Under the pieces are notes generated by a model, which was not told where the DNA came from, ran no database searches, and worked only from the letters and a program-made list of their open reading frames with translations. The translations under genes were made by a program, and so were the position numbers. This document shows, piece after piece, positions 28,032 through 38,244 of a stretch of 64,000 nt of DNA (position 1 is its first letter; each line of letters opens with the position of its first letter). Source of the stretch: Treponema sp. (GTDB lineage Bacteria; Spirochaetota; Spirochaetia; Treponematales; Treponemataceae); NCBI GenBank assembly GCA_024687165.1, contig JAILEY010000076.1, positions 82-64,081 of the forward strand, written 5' to 3'.

Positions 28032-29300
28032 TTATTTCTTTTCATTTTCTGCAGAAATCTTGATGTAGTAAGCATCTACCGTTCTGCGGATATCGTGAAT
28101 ATTCTTGATTACGATATAATTTTCAAAAATTTCAATCTTGCCACGGTCAGAAAGCTTTGTAAGCTGCTCTCTTGCTTCCTGAACAGTAATTGCAGCCCAT
28201 CCGGCAACATCATTTATCGTAATGTTAAATTTACGCTTTGAATTTTCATCATCTCTCTTGATTCCCTGGAGTTCATCATACATCAGGAAAACATCACATA
28301 CACGTGCAGGAATATCTTTAATAAGAATGATCTTAAACTGTCTGTTCTGATCGTAAATACGCTTACAGAAAAGTTTAAGCAGGTTCATAACAATCTGAGG
28401 ATTACTCAAAACAAGAGCCTTAAAGTTTGCCTTATTGAATTCAAGACACGAAACATTTGTTCTGGCAATACATGATGCACTGCGCTGACTGCTGTCAAGA
28501 ATCGCCATTTCACCGAAGAATGCACCGCTTCCAAGGATATCAAGGTTTTTATTCTGATTATTGATACATTTTGAAATCTGAACTTCACCTTCCTTGATAA
28601 GATAGAAAGTTTCGCCCGGTTCAAATTCACTGATGATTACAGCACCCTGTTCATATTTTTTTGTAAATCTGTCAAAAACAGGAAGATCAAACTGACTGAT
28701 TGAAAGGGAACCTGTTCGAACTGTCTGATCTCCAGCAGACATAAAAGAACCTGAGTTGCTTCTTGAAGAAGACATTTTAGCTTCTTTCATAAGCTTTTGA
28801 ATTTCTGAAAGATTTGCAGGATTCGGATTGATTTTTAAAATTCTCTCAAGAACATCAAGACATGTTTTAAACATATCATCTGCATAGAAAGACTGAGCTA
28901 CCATGTACATTCCTTTTTCAGGAGAAACCATGAAATCAGAACTCTTTAAAAATGCGCTTGTTTTTCTATGAATATCGCGGAGGGATTTACTAAAAACACG
29001 AAGCATTTTTTCTGTAATTGCCTGCTTCGTACTAAAAAGCTTTTCAAATTCACTGATTGTCATCTGAACGACCTGTGAATCTTCGAGGACAGATGCCGTT
29101 ACAAGGCTAGGCATGTGTGCCAATGCACTCTTTACACCAAAGAATTCCCCGATCTTTACCTGTTCACCTACTTTACCGCCAGTTTCAAGATCACGGCTTG
29201 TAAGAAGAATGGCTCCAGACTGAAGAATATAAAGATTTTCGTCCTTATCACCTTCAAAGAAAATTATAGAACCTTTTGTATACAAAATTGACTTTGGCAT
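28032..29300 (-). CDS. Crp/Fnr-like protein with two cNMP-binding domains
   Basis: Domain 2 FFGEMAILDSSQRSASC canonical; domain 1 degenerate; C-terminal HTH (ITINDVAGWAAITVQEA). Confidence 0.87.
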   Translation of the reverse strand: MPKSILYTKGSIIFFEGDKDENLYILQSGAILLTSRDLETGGKVGEQVKIGEFFGVKSALAHMPSLVTASVLEDSQVVQMTISEFEKLFSTKQAITEKMLRVFSKSLRDIHRKTSAFLKSSDFMVSPEKGMYMVAQSFYADDMFKTCLDVLERILKINPNPANLSEIQKLMKEAKMSSSRSNSGSFMSAGDQTVRTGSLSISQFDLPVFDRFTKKYEQGAVIISEFEPGETFYLIKEGEVQISKCINNQNKNLDILGSGAFFGEMAILDSSQRSASCIARTNVSCLEFNKANFKALVLSNPQIVMNLLKLFCKRIYDQNRQFKIILIKDIPARVCDVFLMYDELQGIKRDDENSKRKFNITINDVAGWAAITVQEAREQLTKLSDRGKIEIFENYIVIKNIHDIRRTVDAYYIKISAENEKK

Positions 29301-29434
29301 TAATGATTCCTCTAGCTATTAAATTCCCACCTAATCTCGTTTATTCTACCACAATTTTGAGATTTATGCTACATTTTAATTAGGATAATACATAAGTATC
29401 TGAAAAACAAAAAAAAACGGTAATAGTTGAAAAA

Positions 29435-30295
29435 ATGATAGATTTACACACACATTCAACAGCTTCTGACGGAACTTTTTCACCAGAGAGACTGATGGAA
29501 TACGCCGCTGAAAAAAATATTAAGGCAATTGCACTGACAGATCATGATAATGTAGACGGAATTTGCAGTGCACAGGCAAAAGCAAAAGAACTTGGACTGG
29601 AATTTGTTCCTGGAATAGAAATTTCAATACAATGGCCTACAGGTGAATTTCATCTTCTTGGGATGGGATTACAGACTGCAAGCCGTGAACTTTTAGAGTT
29701 AATAGAGTTTTTAAGGGAAGAGCGTCACTCAAGGAATCATAAAATTATAGAAAAGCTTAATGCAAACGGAATAAATGTTTCTTATGATGAAGTAAAAGCT
29801 GTTGCAGGATCAGAAACCATTGGCCGACCTCATTTTGCGGATGTTCTGCTGAAAAAAGGTATCGTAAAAAACAGACAGATGGCCTTTGACCTGTATTTTG
29901 CAAAAGGACGCCCCTGTTATGTTGACAGAGCCGGAGCGGATCTTGAGGAAGCTGTAAAAGCCATAAAAAACTCAGGAGGAATCCCAGTTCAGGCACATCC
30001 TTTATCTATGTATATTTCATGGGGAAAACTTGAAGACAAGATTATAGAAATTCAGGGAATGGGTGTGGAAGGTCTTGAAGCATGGCATCCGGGTGTAAGG
30101 GTTGCAGAAGCCTACAGACTTGAAGAAATCGGTAAAAAACTGGGGATGATTATTACTGCAGGAAGTGACTTTCACGGTGAAAAAATACGTGCAGACAGAA
30201 AAATCGGATTTACAGCGGGAAGAAGCAAAATCGAAGAAAAATACTGGTACGAAGAACTTAAACCAAAGCTTTCCATGAAGGAATTTAAGCTTTAA
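29435..30295 (+). CDS. PHP-domain metal-dependent phosphoesterase
   Basis: DLHTHSTASDG, LTDHD, GRPH, AHP, GSDFHG. Confidence 0.92.
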   Translation: MIDLHTHSTASDGTFSPERLMEYAAEKNIKAIALTDHDNVDGICSAQAKAKELGLEFVPGIEISIQWPTGEFHLLGMGLQTASRELLELIEFLREERHSRNHKIIEKLNANGINVSYDEVKAVAGSETIGRPHFADVLLKKGIVKNRQMAFDLYFAKGRPCYVDRAGADLEEAVKAIKNSGGIPVQAHPLSMYISWGKLEDKIIEIQGMGVEGLEAWHPGVRVAEAYRLEEIGKKLGMIITAGSDFHGEKIRADRKIGFTAGRSKIEEKYWYEELKPKLSMKEFKL

Positions 30296-30348
30296 AACAA
30301 AAAGATCCGCTCATAAGAACGGACCTTTTAATATTTTGCAGTTAAAAA

Positions 30349-30756
30349 CTATCTGCAGCAAACCCAGATTGCACCGAATACAATCAAGTCTTTTGAAAGC
30401 TGGAGAAGCCATGCAAGAACATTCGGTTTTGCAATTCCGTTAACAATATCTGCAAGAACGATAACTACAATCCATACAATTACAACGATGAGAGAAATGA
30501 TGTTTCCCAAAGAACCCATTCTGTCACCGATAAATGTCTTAAGAATAATGAAAATACCTGCAAGAAGTTCAATTACTCCAAAAACAGTTACAACAAGCTT
30601 GCATGCGTCCCCTTTAAAAATCGACTTGAGGCCTGCAACTGCAAGATCTCCTGCAGCCTTGTTCTGCAAAGCATAAATTCCGCTGATTGCGAGCATACAT
30701 CCTACAGCAAGTGTAAGAATAAGAGCTGCAACAACATTAACATCTTTCTTTCCCAT
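30349..30756 (-). CDS. 4-TM hypothetical membrane protein
   Basis: Four hydrophobic segments; AGGA SD upstream. Confidence 0.7.
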   Translation of the reverse strand: MGKKDVNVVAALILTLAVGCMLAISGIYALQNKAAGDLAVAGLKSIFKGDACKLVVTVFGVIELLAGIFIILKTFIGDRMGSLGNIISLIVVIVWIVVIVLADIVNGIAKPNVLAWLLQLSKDLIVFGAIWVCCR

Positions 30757-30822
30757 TTTTTTCCTCCTTAAATGTGAAAAGATAAAAAAAATTTAATGCA
30801 TTACGCATTTTATTTCAATAAA

Positions 30823-31125
30823 TTAAGACCTTTTTGAAGCACGCACAATCATCAGTATAAAAGCGATGATAAAAAAAACGTACGGAACTGCTGTGAACAA
30901 AAGAGATGTTAGCGGAAGACCCATAAATTTTAATTTATCCACAGTCAGGATTCCGACATTTACAAGAAGGTCATAAACGATTCCAGCATAACTTACGACG
31001 ATTCCGGCAATCATGCTCATCCATGCAGGATCTCCGGTTTTGCTCCACAGAAGGATTGCAAGGAATGCAACAAGACCGCCAAGCACAAGCTTTATCACAA
31101 AAAATATCAAATCAACCTGTGACAT
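30823..31125 (-). CDS. 3-TM hypothetical membrane protein
   Basis: Start moved to ATG 31125 (GGGGAG SD); hydrophobic. Confidence 0.7.
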   Translation of the reverse strand: MSQVDLIFFVIKLVLGGLVAFLAILLWSKTGDPAWMSMIAGIVVSYAGIVYDLLVNVGILTVDKLKFMGLPLTSLLFTAVPYVFFIIAFILMIVRASKRS

Positions 31126-31135
31126 TTCTCTCCCC

Positions 31136-31912
31136 TTAAAATTCAAAAGGATTTTTTTTAAGTACATTCAAGGCACCTTTATCAGCACCGAACGGAACAA
31201 TAGATACTGCTTTATATTCAGGATTAATGCAGATTCCAAGAGAAAGACAATGATCTGCAAAAGCTTCATATTTTGATTCAGAAACTTTCGGAAAAAGATA
31301 CGGTCCTTTTCTCAGCCAGTATTTTGTCAAAATCTGATCATAAATAAACCAGTCTTTTTCACTTCTATACTGAATTGCTGAAATCAGATTATAAACGGAT
31401 CTTGTAACTGCTTCTTCAAGAGGTGCAGGGATTTTTTCATTAGGGACATCCTTTGCATATTCAGCTTTTACTGCCAAAAGAAAAATTCCTTCTGTCCATG
31501 GAAGACAAGGTTCAAAAATTACAGCATCAGAATTGATTACTTCAGGAAGATTTTCTGCCCACGGTTTATACTCAGCTGCATCTTTTCCAAAAAAATCACG
31601 GCTTACTTTTTCCGCATCTTCTTTTTTGTAATAAACAAAAACTTTTCTTTCCCCTGACAAAAGTTCACTCACGGATTTTTGCAAACGGTAAAATGATGAA
31701 GTCTTAAAGCTTCCTGTAAATCCGCGGTTCAATGAATTTTTGAGCATGGTAAAAGCACTGCTTCCACCCCAGCCTAAAATAGCTCTTCCGTTTTCCTGAA
31801 AAAGATCAAGCAGACGAACGCCTTTTTCTGTGTAAAGATAAGGTCCCCTCGCTCTTTTTATATTTCCGTATTTTTCAAAAATTTTTTCTGCAAGCTGTTC
31901 AATTTTTGTCAT
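31136..31912 (-). CDS. Hypothetical protein with degenerate class-III aminotransferase-like fold
   Basis: RARGPYLYTEKGVRLLDL...GRAILG and AVIFEP resemble class-III aminotransferase motifs; no DEV..GF or PLP-Lys motif seen. Confidence 0.65.
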   Translation of the reverse strand: MTKIEQLAEKIFEKYGNIKRARGPYLYTEKGVRLLDLFQENGRAILGWGGSSAFTMLKNSLNRGFTGSFKTSSFYRLQKSVSELLSGERKVFVYYKKEDAEKVSRDFFGKDAAEYKPWAENLPEVINSDAVIFEPCLPWTEGIFLLAVKAEYAKDVPNEKIPAPLEEAVTRSVYNLISAIQYRSEKDWFIYDQILTKYWLRKGPYLFPKVSESKYEAFADHCLSLGICINPEYKAVSIVPFGADKGALNVLKKNPFEF

Positions 31913-31973
31913 AGTGAACATTATAGCAGATTATGATAAAGTTGAATATAAGAGAGGCAGCTTCAAAACTTTT

Positions 31974-32351
31974 ATGAAATATTCTCTGCGCATTTTTGAT
32001 TTTATACTCGTATCTCTTTTTGCAGTGGCAGCAATTTTCTGCTTTACAAGATTTTTCTCATCATCAAATAAAAAAAATAAAATTCTGATTGTAAAAACAC
32101 CTCACGAAAAATACGCCTACAGTCTGAATAAAAATGTTGAATTCACCACGAAAGGCTCAATCGGGAAAACTAAAATTAAAATAGAAAACGGCAAGGCATT
32201 CGTCACGGAATCCTGCTGCGATAATAAAAACTGCATCAACATGGGAAAACTCTCACGGGTAAATGATTATGCGGCATGTCTACCAAACGGAATTATTCTT
32301 TACATCGAAGGTGAAGATGAAAAAGAAAAAATTGATGCAATTGTAAATTAA
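31974..32351 (+). CDS. NusG domain II-containing protein
   Basis: N-terminal TM; G.IG.T.I.IENGKA.V.ES.C.NK.C...G......ACLPNG. Start moved to 31974. Confidence 0.85.
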   Translation: MKYSLRIFDFILVSLFAVAAIFCFTRFFSSSNKKNKILIVKTPHEKYAYSLNKNVEFTTKGSIGKTKIKIENGKAFVTESCCDNKNCINMGKLSRVNDYAACLPNGIILYIEGEDEKEKIDAIVN

Positions 32352-32424
32352 ATATTCAGAAATCGACTCAACACTCCTTCGCGCAAATTTTATTAAATCT
32401 ATAAAAAATCGAAATTAACTCCCA
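32351..32424 (+). repeat. Modular intergenic repeat, copy D
   Basis: AATATTCAGAAATCGA-CTCAACACTCCTTCGCGC-AAATTTTATTAAATCTATAAAAAATC-GAAATTAACTCCCA. Confidence 0.85.
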
Positions 32425-32443
32425 ATGTGCACTATTTTTATCA

Positions 32444-33451
32444 TCAATACTTTTCAAGAGAGTTAAGTTCGCCGATAGAACTCCAGGAGCCGTCGCTCAT
32501 TACAAAGACGACTGAAAAATCTACGCCGAGTTCTTTTTTTATTCTTTCAAAATTTTCTTCAGTTTTTTTTCTGCCCATGACAAAAAGAGATGTTGAAAGT
32601 GCGTCTGCATATGTACTTGATTTACAGATTACTGTAACTGAATCAACTCCATTTTCAGAAGGATAGCCTGTTTTATAATCAAGAATGTGGTGATATTTTT
32701 TTCCGTCCTGTACAAAATATCTTTCATAATTTCCGCTTGTTACAACGGATGCTTCAGTCGTTTTAAAATATAAATACGGATCTTCCGCATCAGGATTTTT
32801 TGGATTTTTAATTCCAAGCGACCACTTTTCACCATTTTCTTTTTCCCCGACGACATAAACATTTCCGCCAAGATTTACGACCGCTTTTTTCACATTATGA
32901 TTTTTAAGAATTCTGACACATTCATCTGCAGCATAACCTTTTACAATTGCACCAAGATTTATTTTTGCACCAGATTTTTTTATTTTGATTTTTTTTGAAT
33001 CACAATCAAAGAGAATTTCACTTGAATCAATTAAAGATTTTTCTTTTTGAATCTGTTCAGCAGAAGGAACCTGAGGATCAATTTTGCCGACTCCCCACAA
33101 GTCTATAAGATTCCCTATTGAAGGCATAAAAGCTTTGTTTGTAATTTCACTGAATTTAAAAGATTCATCAAGAAGATTAAATACCTCTGGAGAAACTTCA
33201 ATTTCTTCGCCGGATTTTAAATTGTTGATTTTTGAAATTTCTGAATCAGGATTTGTGATACTAAACTTAAAATCAATCTCACGAAGTCTTTTAAAAATCT
33301 CGTCATAAAGGTCTTTTGTTCCATCGTCAAATGCATTAACAGAACACACAGTATCCATCAGCTGCATTGTCCGCGGATTTTCAAAATTCTTTTTTTTACT
33401 GCAGGATAAAAACAAAGAAACAGTAATCATCAATATAAAAATCTTTTTCAT
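32444..33451 (-). CDS. apbE: FAD:protein FMN transferase lipoprotein (ApbE/Ftp)
   Basis: Lipobox FLSC; MDT, NLGAIVKGYAAD, NLGGN, TSGNYERY, HHILD..TGYP, ADALST. Confidence 0.93.
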   Translation of the reverse strand: MKKIFILMITVSLFLSCSKKKNFENPRTMQLMDTVCSVNAFDDGTKDLYDEIFKRLREIDFKFSITNPDSEISKINNLKSGEEIEVSPEVFNLLDESFKFSEITNKAFMPSIGNLIDLWGVGKIDPQVPSAEQIQKEKSLIDSSEILFDCDSKKIKIKKSGAKINLGAIVKGYAADECVRILKNHNVKKAVVNLGGNVYVVGEKENGEKWSLGIKNPKNPDAEDPYLYFKTTEASVVTSGNYERYFVQDGKKYHHILDYKTGYPSENGVDSVTVICKSSTYADALSTSLFVMGRKKTEENFERIKKELGVDFSVVFVMSDGSWSSIGELNSLEKY

Positions 33452-35658
33452 AAATCTTCCACAATCAAACTATTTTTCTGATACTTCGGCAAAAACTTTT
33501 TTATTCCGCCGGTTTCAAAACTTACGGTAATCACATACTCACCATCTTCTGAGTAGCGTCCATTGATTATCTGTCCGTGTCCATAATCATCGTGGTAAAC
33601 ACCCGCACCCAGATGATATTTTTCTTCAAGCGGATCCTTCTGTCTTTTTTCAGCGGTAAAATTCTCAGGTTTCTGACCAAGAATGCGCACATTATCTTTT
33701 CCAAGTTCATTAAGAAAAAGGCTCGGCATCATCGGATTTGTTCTGCCATAAAGACGTCTCATTGCACACGATGTAAAATAAAGCTCATCTTTTGCACGCG
33801 TAATTCCAACATAAAAAAGACGGCGTTCTTCTTCAATTTCTTCTGCAGATTTTTCTGGACGTGGGAACAGACCGCTTTCCATTCCGGTAATGATTACACG
33901 CTTAAACTCAAGACCCTTTGTATTGTGCAGAGTAATCAGGGTAACTTTGTCAGTATCAGGATCTTCTTCTTCCTGAGATGTCTTATCAAGATTTATATGA
34001 TCAATAAAATCAACAAGTCCCTGCAGCGTACACGGATAAAGCAGTGCAGAGTTTACAAGTTCTTCAAGGTTGCTGATTTTCTGAGTTCCGTCTGAATCAT
34101 CCTGCTCTTTATGATATTCTTCAAGACCGCTTTCTTTAATTACAGTTTCAACAAATGACGAAAGCTTTTTTACGGAATTACGGATTACTGTTTCATCTTC
34201 AGGAAGAGATGCTTCCTGCGCAAGAGATTTTGCTTCTGATGTTTCCGGCACATTTGGGAGCATTGCTACAAATTTTTCTACGAGATTTTTAAAATTATCA
34301 AATCCCTCTTTTGCTTTTTTTGAAAGCTTAACATTTGATGCACCGGACAAAATCGAATCACCAAAGCTTGCGTCGATTATTTTTTCCTGAGTTGTATTTC
34401 CAATTCCGCGCACAGGTTTATTTACAATTCTGCGAAATGAAATTTCATCCTTCTGATTTAATATAAAACTCAACCAGCAGACAATATCTTTTACTTCTTC
34501 ACGCTCATAAAATTTTAAAGTTCCTACAACTGAATAAGGAATTTTTTCATGAATAAATTCTGTTTCAAAACCAAGAGACTGCGCATTTGTTCTGTATAAA
34601 ATTGCCCAGTCGCTGTAAGGAACGCCTTTTTCACGAGACTGCTCAATTATACTTTTGCAGAATTCTGTTTCGTCATCCTGAGTCGGTAAAAATACAAGTG
34701 TCGGCTTTTTCCCTTTTCCACGTGCTGAAATCAAACTTTTTCCAAGACGTCCCTGATTATTCGAAACAACACTTTCTGCGCAATTTAAAATTTCCTCGCA
34801 GGAGCGGTAATTTGTTTCAAGACGCACGATTTTTGTGTCAGGAAATTCTTTTTCAAAATTCAAAATATTCTGAACTTCTGCACCACGGAATTTATAAATA
34901 CTCTGATCATCATCACCAACAACGCAGACATAAGTGCCGCTATTTTCCTCAGCACCAGAAAGAGCCTTTAACAATTTAAACTGAGCGACATTTGAATCCT
35001 GATACTCATCAACCATAATCACTTTAAATCTGTTCTGGATGCTTTTTCTGACCGCAGCATTTTCTTTTAAAATCAGATAAGGCAGAAGAATTAAATCACC
35101 AAAATCAACATTTCCTGTCGCACGAAGACGCTCTTCATATTTTGAATAATATTCTCCAAAAGACGGATCATCTTCAATCGTATAAAGCGCATCACTATCA
35201 GGAAGAAGGCAATAATCCTTTGCAAGAGAAATTTTATGCGCATAATGTTTTGCATCTTTTTTTGTAAGATGAGGAACTGCTTTCGTCAGAAGAGAAATCA
35301 TGTCATCGTCATCATAAACTGTAAAATTCGGCGAGACAGGAAAATCACTTTCTTCAGCATAACTTCTAAGAAACCACGAACCAAAAGAATGAAAAGTTCT
35401 GATCTGAGAATATAAAGAACGTGGCTCAAGATAAACTGCACGCTCTTTCATTTCATTTGCAGCTTTTTTTGTAAATGTTACGGCAAGAATCTGAGAAGGA
35501 CTATATCCAAGCTCACTAATAAGATATGCAATTTTTGTCGTAATTACTCGGGTCTTTCCAGAGCCTGCACCTGCAAGAATTAACAGAGGAGAGCCTTGAT
35601 GAACAACAGCTTCTTTCTGATCTGGATTTAAAACTGAAAGATATTCCTGAGAAGTCAT
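33448..35658 (-). CDS. UvrD/PcrA ATP-dependent DNA helicase
   Basis: AGAGSGKT, TFT.KAA, VDEYQD, VGDDDQSIY, NYRS, KGLEF, EERRLFYV.ITRA. Confidence 0.95.
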   Translation of the reverse strand: MTSQEYLSVLNPDQKEAVVHQGSPLLILAGAGSGKTRVITTKIAYLISELGYSPSQILAVTFTKKAANEMKERAVYLEPRSLYSQIRTFHSFGSWFLRSYAEESDFPVSPNFTVYDDDDMISLLTKAVPHLTKKDAKHYAHKISLAKDYCLLPDSDALYTIEDDPSFGEYYSKYEERLRATGNVDFGDLILLPYLILKENAAVRKSIQNRFKVIMVDEYQDSNVAQFKLLKALSGAEENSGTYVCVVGDDDQSIYKFRGAEVQNILNFEKEFPDTKIVRLETNYRSCEEILNCAESVVSNNQGRLGKSLISARGKGKKPTLVFLPTQDDETEFCKSIIEQSREKGVPYSDWAILYRTNAQSLGFETEFIHEKIPYSVVGTLKFYEREEVKDIVCWLSFILNQKDEISFRRIVNKPVRGIGNTTQEKIIDASFGDSILSGASNVKLSKKAKEGFDNFKNLVEKFVAMLPNVPETSEAKSLAQEASLPEDETVIRNSVKKLSSFVETVIKESGLEEYHKEQDDSDGTQKISNLEELVNSALLYPCTLQGLVDFIDHINLDKTSQEEEDPDTDKVTLITLHNTKGLEFKRVIITGMESGLFPRPEKSAEEIEEERRLFYVGITRAKDELYFTSCAMRRLYGRTNPMMPSLFLNELGKDNVRILGQKPENFTAEKRQKDPLEEKYHLGAGVYHDDYGHGQIINGRYSEDGEYVITVSFETGGIKKFLPKYQKNSLIVEDL

Positions 35659-35748
35659 GAACTAAGAATAATCGATTTTAAAAATTAATAAAAGAGAGAA
35701 TGGATTTAAAAATACCGGCTGCTCAAAATTCAGATGCAACCGGCAGAA

Positions 35749-37122
35749 TCATTCTACAAAAACAGAATCGATATCTACACCACTAGCTGCAACCGCTTTT
35801 ACAGTTACAACTTTTCCCGGAATAATTTTTTCAACCGCATTTTTATCATCAAGGTCATAACGGACAACAACGTTTCCATCAACATCCGGTGCTTCAAACC
35901 AGGTTCTTCCGATTGCAAGACCTTCATCAGTACCTTCAAGATTTTCCACGATTTCTTCTATAAGTACGCGATAATTTTTTTCGCATCTTTTTTCAAGACT
36001 TTCTGCAGTAATTTTATCCTGTATTTTTTTGAGCGCTGAAGATCTTTTTTCTGCAACTTTTTTTTCAACCTGATTTTCCATTTTTGCGGCAACAGTATCT
36101 TCTTCCTGTGAATAGGCAAAACAACCGCTCCAATCAGGCTTAATTTCTTTCATGAACTTCTGAGTTGTTGCAGCATCATCGTCAGTTTCTGAAGGGAAGC
36201 CGTTGAGGAATGTTGTACGAATGCAGCTTTCAGAGAATGCACTGCGGATTGTTTTTATAAGCTCCACGTACTTTTTAAAATTACCTTTTCTATTCATCAA
36301 ACTGATAATTCTGTCACTTCCAGACTGAAATGGAATATCAAAATACGGAAGAAAGCGTTCATCTTTTTTCATTATCTCAAGAATGTCTGAGTTAAAGTGA
36401 TCCGGATGAATATACAAAAGACGAATCCAGAAATCTCCTTTAAGCTTTGAAATTTCTTCAAGAAGATTTGCAAGTTCACTCTGCGAATTTTTATGGTTTA
36501 CAAAATCTGAACCAAATGCTGCAAGATCCTGCCCGATTAAATTGATTTCAAAAATTCCCTGATCAACAAGCTGTTTAATTTCTTCAACTATTTCTTCAAT
36601 TTTTCTTGAGCGAAGATGTCCGCGAATAATCGGGATTGCACAGAAAGAGCAGCAGTTATCACAGCCTTCAGTAATTTTTACAAATGCACTTCCAGGATAT
36701 GAAAGAAGCTTTTTTCTTTCACCGCAGCAGACACCTTCCTGAGCAGGCTTTACAACGGGACGTTCACCATCAAAAAGGGATTTCACAAGTCCATCTATTT
36801 TTGAGAGATCTCCATTTCCAAAAATTGCATCTGCTTCAGTAAGTTCATCTTTAAAATACTCAGCGTATCGTTCAGCAAGACATCCGCCAAGAATGATTTT
36901 TGCATCAGGATATAAATTTCGTGCATTCATCAAAGATTCAATGCTTTCAGTTTTTGCACTTTCAATAAATCCACAGGAATTAATAAAAATAACATCAGCC
37001 TCAGATGCGTCAAAAGTCTGAGTAAAACCAAGATTAACAAGCCTGTTCATTATCAACTCGCCGTCAACCTGATTTTTTGCGCACCCGTGCTGATCTAAGA
37101 AAAATTTTTTGTTATCTGACAT
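35749..37122 (-). CDS. rimO: Ribosomal protein S12 methylthiotransferase
   Basis: GCAKNQVD, NSCGFI, GCLAERY, EGCDNCCSFC.IP.IRG, APDVDG (TRAM). Confidence 0.92.
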   Translation of the reverse strand: MSDNKKFFLDQHGCAKNQVDGELIMNRLVNLGFTQTFDASEADVIFINSCGFIESAKTESIESLMNARNLYPDAKIILGGCLAERYAEYFKDELTEADAIFGNGDLSKIDGLVKSLFDGERPVVKPAQEGVCCGERKKLLSYPGSAFVKITEGCDNCCSFCAIPIIRGHLRSRKIEEIVEEIKQLVDQGIFEINLIGQDLAAFGSDFVNHKNSQSELANLLEEISKLKGDFWIRLLYIHPDHFNSDILEIMKKDERFLPYFDIPFQSGSDRIISLMNRKGNFKKYVELIKTIRSAFSESCIRTTFLNGFPSETDDDAATTQKFMKEIKPDWSGCFAYSQEEDTVAAKMENQVEKKVAEKRSSALKKIQDKITAESLEKRCEKNYRVLIEEIVENLEGTDEGLAIGRTWFEAPDVDGNVVVRYDLDDKNAVEKIIPGKVVTVKAVAASGVDIDSVFVE

Positions 37123-37125
37123 ATT

Positions 37126-38241
37126 TTACTCAACATCAAGAACTACGACTCTGTATTTTCCGTCGCTGTCTTTAACCCACTTGATGTCGCGAACATTTAC
37201 TTCGCCTTCATTTCCAATCTTCAAATCATAATTTGAAAGTCCGGCTGTAATCTGAATCTTCATTGCATTATTGTTGCTTGTCCAGAATCTTACGCTGTTC
37301 TGTGCACTTGCAGCAATTCCACTTTCACCAGATTTAAAATAACGTTCAATGTAAGTCTGATTATCAATCTTGTATCTGAAAATACATGGAGCGCGGAAAG
37401 TTACGTTAAATGTAAACGGATAAGGACGAGTATCTTCATGAAGAACTGTTCTTGTTGCATTATTTCTCAAAGATGATGCAATCGGAATTGAATCAACGGA
37501 TTCTTCTGAAGCTTCAACCATTGCGATTGAAATTCCAGATTCATTTTTTGCAAGCAGACGAATTTCAGCACCGGCAGATTCTTTTTTATCATCGATGTCG
37601 CTGAGGTAAACAATCAAATCTTCTCCACCGTCACCATCAATATCAAGTGCACGTTCTTCACTCAAATCAACAGTTTCTCTTCCCTGAGGAGTTTCGATTT
37701 GGAACTTTCCGAGTGTTCTGGAAACAATCAGAACAATATTTCCTTTTCCATCTTTTGAAGGAACAAGAATCTGATCACCTTTATAAAATCTTTTTGTTTC
37801 AGGCTTACCTGTAAAAAGGTACTGCTGATTTTTCTTCTGATTTTTAGATTTCTCTGCACTCTGCGCAATTTTCTGAGGAACATTGAAAACAACAAAATAA
37901 AGATAAATTCCAAGACCAATAATTATAGCTGCAGAAACAGATGCAATAAGCGGAATCAGATACTTTGGCTTTGATTTCTGAAGCAGTTCAACAGGAACAG
38001 GAGCTTCCTGAATTTTCTTCGCATGATACAAAGCCCTGATTTCATTTTTATCAATACCAAGATATTCACAGTAATTGTCCAGGGCACCGATAAAATATGT
38101 TTCACCAGGAAAATCATCAACGCGTTCTTCTTCCAAAGCTTCAAGATAATTTTTTGGAAGTGCAGTATCTCTGGCTATATCGGAAATAAACAAGCCCTTT
38201 AACTCTCTTTCATTACGTAAAATTTCTCCGTAGCTTTCCAT
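37126..38241 (-). CDS. RodZ-like HTH membrane protein
   Basis: GEILR..RE.KG...ALEEE...FPGE.YF; one TM; lies in a lolA-rodZ-rimO run. Confidence 0.82.
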   Translation of the reverse strand: MESYGEILRNERELKGLFISDIARDTALPKNYLEALEEERVDDFPGETYFIGALDNYCEYLGIDKNEIRALYHAKKIQEAPVPVELLQKSKPKYLIPLIASVSAAIIIGLGIYLYFVVFNVPQKIAQSAEKSKNQKKNQQYLFTGKPETKRFYKGDQILVPSKDGKGNIVLIVSRTLGKFQIETPQGRETVDLSEERALDIDGDGGEDLIVYLSDIDDKKESAGAEIRLLAKNESGISIAMVEASEESVDSIPIASSLRNNATRTVLHEDTRPYPFTFNVTFRAPCIFRYKIDNQTYIERYFKSGESGIAASAQNSVRFWTSNNNAMKIQITAGLSNYDLKIGNEGEVNVRDIKWVKDSDGKYRVVVLDVE

Positions 38242-38244
38242 TTG

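Noticed and set aside
35717-35734. GGCTGCTCAAAATTCAGA as a sixth repeat copy
   Set aside because: Only about 9 bp match to 9015-9023; too short to call in AT-rich DNA.
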